From: Gemmata obscuriglobus
GTDB lineage: Bacteria > Planctomycetota > Planctomycetia > Gemmatales > Gemmataceae
Assembly: GCF_008065095.1 (NCBI RefSeq)
Contig: NZ_CP042911.1
Span: 6,930,001-6,962,000 of the forward strand
Direction of reading: 5' to 3'
DNA: 32,000 nt
Shown here one piece after another: positions 28,013-32,000 of the stretch (position 1 is the first letter of the stretch; every line of letters begins with the position of its first letter). The position numbers and the translations under genes are program-made. The notes under the pieces were generated by a model, which had not been told where the DNA came from, made no database searches, and saw only the letters and a list, made by a program, of their open reading frames with translations.

Positions 28013-28035
28013 TGGCACCTCTGCCATTCTGCGTA

Positions 28036-30429
28036 TCACCGGACGGTGACGAAGTCGTTGTGGTTGAGGAGCGCCTGCACCAGTTGGAGCCGCGCGCGTT
28101 TGCCCCGTTCGGGCTCCTTCACGTCCTTCAGCGTGCCCCGCAGTTCCGCGAGCGCCTCCAGGCAGGTTGCCAACTCGTCCTTCGTGGGCACGGTCCCCAG
28201 CACCGACTCAAACGCGCGTGTCACGAACGCAGCATCATCGGCGCCGGCGAGTTTCGAATGAAGCTGGTCGTTGATCTTCGCGGCGCTCACCTGCGCGAGT
28301 TTGCTGTTCCAGAGCGCCAGCGCCTGCTGCGGCACGATGCTCTCGGTGCGGCGGTAGCAGTCCAGCACGTTGGCGTTGTCGAAGATGTCGAGCAGCTTGT
28401 TGTGCTCGTTGTGCGAGTGGAAGAAGTACAGCGACCGCCGCGCCGAGCCCTCCTGCTGCGCCGCCGGCACCGGCGGCCCGCCGCGGGTGAGGTCGAGGGC
28501 GCCGGCGAGGTGCAGCAGACTGTCGCGCACCGCGTTCGCGTCCATGCGCACCGGGTTCATCCGCCACAGGTAGCGGTTCTCGGGGTCGAGCTTCACAGCC
28601 TCGCCGGCGCCCGAACTTGACGAGGAGAGGCGGTACACGTCGCTCGTCACGATGAGCTTGTGCAGGTGCTTGAAGCTCCAGTTGCGGGCCGTGAACTCGG
28701 ACGCGAGCCAGTCCAGCAGTTCCGGGTGCGTGGGCGGGCCGCCCTTCCGACCGAACTCGAACACCTGGGGCGCGAGCGGTTGCCCGAAGTGGCGCAGCCA
28801 CACGTGGTTCACCGCGACGCGAGCCGTGAGCGGGTTCTTCGGGTCGGCGATCCAGTTCGCCAGCGCGGTGCGGCGGCCGGTGCTCGTCGCCGGCAGCGGG
28901 CGGGCCTTCGATTCGGCCGTCTCGGCGTTCGACTCCGGGGCCTTCACGTACCCGCGGAGGTGCGGCGGGAGCTTGCCCGGGTCGTTCTTGATCTTCTCGA
29001 ACGCGACGTACTCCGCGCGCGCCGCGTCGCTGCCGATCCGGGCCGCGATTGCGACCCAGGGGGCGTGCGCCTTCTTACCGGTGGTGAGATCGGCGGTCAG
29101 ATCCGCCAGCGCGAGCTTCTGCCGGTTCGCCTTCTCAAGTAACGTGCGAGCGTGCGCTTCCGCGAGAGGCTCGTGGGGCTTGTGGGCCGCAACCGGAAGC
29201 GTGACCGCTTGCACCTTCAGCCCACCGGGGGCGAGGAACTTCGGCACCCCGGGCGTAACCACCTTATCTTTGTCAGGAGTGCGTTCGTCGCCGCGAATGT
29301 GAAACGGCGTGCTCACATCAAGGTTGCCGTCGAACGCGCGCGGAATACCGTTCTTCGTCACGTCGAGCTCGCCCGGAATTTGGTCGGTGCGCACCTGGTA
29401 CGGCTCGAAGATCGCGCGGAAGGCGTAGTAATCGGTCTGCTTGACCGGATCGTACTTGTGGTCGTGACACTTCGCGCAGTTCAGCGTGAGGCCGAGGAAC
29501 CCTTTTCCACTGTGCTCGATGACCTCGTCGAGCCACGTGGTGCGGTTGAAGAGGAAGTACGACCGGGCGAGGTAGCCTGTCGCCCGAAGCTTCTGCGGGT
29601 CGGTCGGGTGGAGTTCGTCCGCCGCCAGCATTTGGCGGATCATCTCGGCGTAGCTCAGGTCCGCGTTGAAGCTCTCCACGGTCCAGTCGCGCCAGTGCCA
29701 GATGTGGCGCTGGCTGTTCCGCAGTTCGGCGCCCAGCCCCCACCAGTCGGAGTAGCGCCAGATGTCGAGGAAGTGCCGCCCCCAGCGCTCGCCGTACTGC
29801 GGCGACGCGAGCAACCGGTCCACCACCTTCTCGTAGGCGTCCGGCGCCGGGTCGTTGACGAACGCGTCGATCTGTTCGGCGGTGGGTGGCAATCCGATCA
29901 GATCGACGTACACGCGGCGCAGCAGCACACGCTTGTCGGCCGGAGCGACGGGCTTCAGCCCCTTCTCGCGCCACTTCGCGGCGACGAACGCATCGATCGG
30001 GTGCGCGGCACCGGAATCGGGCAGTGGGGGGCGAGCGACCGGACGGAACGCCCAGTGGTCGCGCGGGTCCGGCTCGGGCGCATCGTCGGCGGGCACCCTG
30101 GCGCCCTGTTCGATCCACAGCCGGACCTTCGCGACCTGTTCGGGCTTCAGCGGGTGCCCTTCGGGCGGCATGCGGGTCGCGTCGTCGGTCGATTCGACCC
30201 GCAGCAGCAGTTCGCTGGCGCCGGGCTTACCGGGCACCACCGCCCCGCCCTTCACCATCGCGGCCCCAGTGTCCACACGCAGCTTCGCCTTCTGCGCGAG
30301 CGCCCCGTGACAGGAGTAGCACCGCTCCTGGAGCAGCGGGCGAATGTCCTTACGGTAGTCGACCGTGTCTGCGGCCGGCGCGAGCGCGGGGAAAATGAGA
30401 GCGGCACAGGCGGTGAGGGAGAATCGCAT
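28036..30429 (-). CDS. PSCyt1/PSCyt2(DUF1549)/PSD1(DUF1553) planctomycete cytochrome-c-domain protein
   Basis: Signal peptide MRFSLTACAALIFPALAPA starting at 30429, CYSCHG haem-type motif, CAKCHDHKYDP, and a C-terminal DUF1553-like region (FDNANVLDCYRRTESIVPQQAL). The 80 extra upstream codons of the 877-aa ORF are Arg-rich and implausible. Confidence 0.85.
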   Translation of the reverse strand: MRFSLTACAALIFPALAPAADTVDYRKDIRPLLQERCYSCHGALAQKAKLRVDTGAAMVKGGAVVPGKPGASELLLRVESTDDATRMPPEGHPLKPEQVAKVRLWIEQGARVPADDAPEPDPRDHWAFRPVARPPLPDSGAAHPIDAFVAAKWREKGLKPVAPADKRVLLRRVYVDLIGLPPTAEQIDAFVNDPAPDAYEKVVDRLLASPQYGERWGRHFLDIWRYSDWWGLGAELRNSQRHIWHWRDWTVESFNADLSYAEMIRQMLAADELHPTDPQKLRATGYLARSYFLFNRTTWLDEVIEHSGKGFLGLTLNCAKCHDHKYDPVKQTDYYAFRAIFEPYQVRTDQIPGELDVTKNGIPRAFDGNLDVSTPFHIRGDERTPDKDKVVTPGVPKFLAPGGLKVQAVTLPVAAHKPHEPLAEAHARTLLEKANRQKLALADLTADLTTGKKAHAPWVAIAARIGSDAARAEYVAFEKIKNDPGKLPPHLRGYVKAPESNAETAESKARPLPATSTGRRTALANWIADPKNPLTARVAVNHVWLRHFGQPLAPQVFEFGRKGGPPTHPELLDWLASEFTARNWSFKHLHKLIVTSDVYRLSSSSSGAGEAVKLDPENRYLWRMNPVRMDANAVRDSLLHLAGALDLTRGGPPVPAAQQEGSARRSLYFFHSHNEHNKLLDIFDNANVLDCYRRTESIVPQQALALWNSKLAQVSAAKINDQLHSKLAGADDAAFVTRAFESVLGTVPTKDELATCLEALAELRGTLKDVKEPERGKRARLQLVQALLNHNDFVTVR

Positions 30430-30726
30430 GGGAGTCGCGTTCCGGCGGGACGGCGAGACGGCGCGAAAGGCCAAAGGCGGTGGAGCACAGGTTAAACGAC
30501 CCGAACGCCGCACGCAAGCGCCCGACACATCAGCATGACGGGCCATTCGGTCGTGCGTTCCTCGGTCCCGGCGGAGAACGCCGTGGCTTTTTCGAGCATG
30601 CCGCGCGCTGCGTCGAGACTCTTCACCGCGGTCCAGCGCCGCCGGTTCACCTCGACGACGCGGGTACACGGCCAGCGGGTAGCGGCGGGTGGCGTTCCCA
30701 ACTACCGATACGCTTCAACCGGACCT

Positions 30727-30846
30727 CAGTAGTTTCAAGTTCCAGGTTCCAGGTTCCAAGTGGAGTCACGAGCGACACGAATCGCCGGCGCGTTTGACGA
30801 GTTGGGTTCCGACTTGGAACTTGGAACCTGGAACTTGGAACTACTG
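30727..30846. repeat. 120-bp palindromic element whose arms are built from GGTTCCA/TTGGAAC heptamer repeats
   Basis: CAGTAGTTTCAAGTTCCAGGTTCCAGGTTCCAAGT (30727-30761) against ACTTGGAACTTGGAACCTGGAACTTGGAACTACTG (30812-30846). 33 of 35 positions are complementary, with a 50-nt spacer. Confidence 0.8.
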
Positions 30847-31021
30847 AACCTGGCATGAGTCGTCTCGGGTGGCGGATGCCCCGTCCGGCAACGGCGATGC
30901 GGCCACCGGTCTAGCGGGTCGAAGAATGAGAGTTCCAAGAGAAGTCCACCGGTGCGGTTGCGGTGCCCGTTCCGGGCGGATAGTGTCGAGAGTGTCGCCC
31001 TCACTCTCTGGGACGCCGCCG

Positions 31022-31864
31022 ATGTCTCGTCTCGCCGCCCTCACCCTGCTCTGCGGTCTGCTGCTGCTCAACGATGGCAGAGGCCAGGAACCGAAAGGGA
31101 ACCCCTGGGGCAAATCCGCACCGGCGCCGAAGCTCCAGCGCGCCGTTTACGCCGTCAAGAACGCCGACCCGGCCGTGCTCGCCCAGGTGATCGGACCGCA
31201 CTTCAGGGGCGAGGCCAGCGCGTTCGCCGCACCGCCCGGGTCGGGCAACGCGGTGCTCGTCAGCGGCACCGCTGAAACCGTGCCCGAGGTGATCAAACTG
31301 CTCGAACTGCTGGACCGCAAGCCGCGCACGGTCGAGATCGAAGTTACCATCGCCGAGGTGCCGGCCAAGGACTGGAAGGAAGCCGAGCCGAAGCACGAGG
31401 AGCTGGCCAAGTGGGGGCAGCGGATCAAGCTGACGGCCGTCGAGGGGCAACCGGTGTCTACCCAGATGGGCGCCAGCAAGCCGATCGTGACCAGCACCGC
31501 GGTCACCCCCGGCGGGTTCGGCGGACCGGGGGGAGCCGGCGGACCGGGGGGAGCGGCCGGGGGCCGGGGCGGGTTCCAGCAGCGGTCGATCAGCTACCAG
31601 GATGTCGGAACGACCGTGAAGGCGTCGGCGCGGGTCGGGGCCGACGACATTGTGGCCGTCGAGTTGAGCGTGAAGGGCACCCGGGTCCGAACGCCGGACG
31701 CGACCGATGAGCCGGCGGCGCACTCAGTGGAGACCGGCTCACTGACCACGAATGTCAGCGTTCCGGCCGGGAAAAGCGTGGTGGCCCAGGCGGTGCGAAC
31801 CGAGGGGAAAGGCGGGGCCACGATATCGGTTGTGGTCGTCACCGCGCGCCCGACTGCCAAGTAA
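31022..31864 (+). CDS. Short secreted secretin-like protein (secretin-N-type domain plus a truncated secretin-like beta region)
   Basis: Signal peptide MSRLAALTLLCGLLLL. VYAVKNADPAVLAQVI...AVLVSGTAETVPEVIKLLELLDRKPRTVEIEVTIAEV follows the GspD/PilQ N-domain pattern. SYQDVGTTVKASARVGADDIVAVELSV resembles the start of a secretin core. A Gly-rich linker lies between them. Confidence 0.55.
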   Translation: MSRLAALTLLCGLLLLNDGRGQEPKGNPWGKSAPAPKLQRAVYAVKNADPAVLAQVIGPHFRGEASAFAAPPGSGNAVLVSGTAETVPEVIKLLELLDRKPRTVEIEVTIAEVPAKDWKEAEPKHEELAKWGQRIKLTAVEGQPVSTQMGASKPIVTSTAVTPGGFGGPGGAGGPGGAAGGRGGFQQRSISYQDVGTTVKASARVGADDIVAVELSVKGTRVRTPDATDEPAAHSVETGSLTTNVSVPAGKSVVAQAVRTEGKGGATISVVVVTARPTAK

Positions 31865-31933
31865 CCGCGCCGCCCGCAGCTCGTGCCGTCACGAACTCGT
31901 CCCAGTGGACCAGGACGAGTCACCTCCGGCCGG

Positions 31934-32000
31934 CTACCGCCAGTGCCGGTGATGATGGTGGTGCGGGTGGCAGCACCCCGCGGCCGACAGGAGCAGCACA
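31934..32000 (-). CDS. 3' end of a small ORF running out of the window: ...VLLLSAAGCCHPHHHHHRHWR*
   Basis: The reverse strand reads GTG CTG CTC CTG TCG GCC GCG GGG TGC TGC CAC CCG CAC CAC CAT CAT CAC CGG CAC TGG CGG TAG (stop at 31936-31934). It shows a hydrophobic stretch, a lipobox-like AAGC and a His-rich tail. Only 22 codons are visible. Confidence 0.25.
   Translation of the reverse strand, partial: VLLLSAAGCCHPHHHHHRHWR

Noticed and set aside
30727-30846. Translation of the heptamer repeats gives FQVPS/SSKFQVPSSK-type peptides in several ORFs (30647..30856, 30735..31004).
   Set aside because: This is a low-complexity artefact of reading through a DNA palindrome. Both strands give the same peptide pattern, and there is no start or codon-bias support.

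Overview
This is a very GC-rich segment. Its gene content (PSCyt/DUF1553 + DUF1501 pair, sulfatase, a giant LEDRxxP-led beta-helix protein, TPR protein) looks like a Planctomycetota, Gemmata-like chromosome; that placement is inferred from gene families only. The window falls into five blocks. (1) 1-4546 is an IS graveyard. A Tn5-like IS4 transposase gene is split by an IS66-family element with intact inverted repeats (IRs) and an 8-bp target duplication. It is followed by a short transposase remnant and an IS701-family element. (2) 4547-10293 (minus strand) holds a 1379-aa Cas4-like Fe-S nuclease fused to an SF1B (Dna2/Upf1-type) helicase, preceded by a secreted beta-lactamase-family serine hydrolase. 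(3) 10330-17314 holds a 1.1-kb non-coding stretch, a 1181-aa repeat protein (autotransporter-type beta-strand repeats, Calx-beta, FG-GAP), a small hypothetical gene and a secreted TPR protein. (4) 17544-24123 is a tightly coupled 7-gene CDP-hexose modification operon: rfbF, rfbG, C-methyltransferase, epimerase, reductase, a second methyltransferase and a CmcI-type methyltransferase. (5) 24133-30429 (minus strand) is a DUF1553 - DUF1501 - sulfatase operon, followed by a short secretin-like gene. The most unusual signals are three hairpin-bounded intergenic elements with related termini (20606-20722, 27375-28035, 30727-30846). One of them carries a GxxExxY-type PD-(D/E)xK gene wedged between DUF1553 and DUF1501. 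The other notable signal is the stand-alone Dna2/Nhi-like nuclease-helicase next to the IS cluster. All family calls rest on motifs read by eye from the translations; no database search was run.
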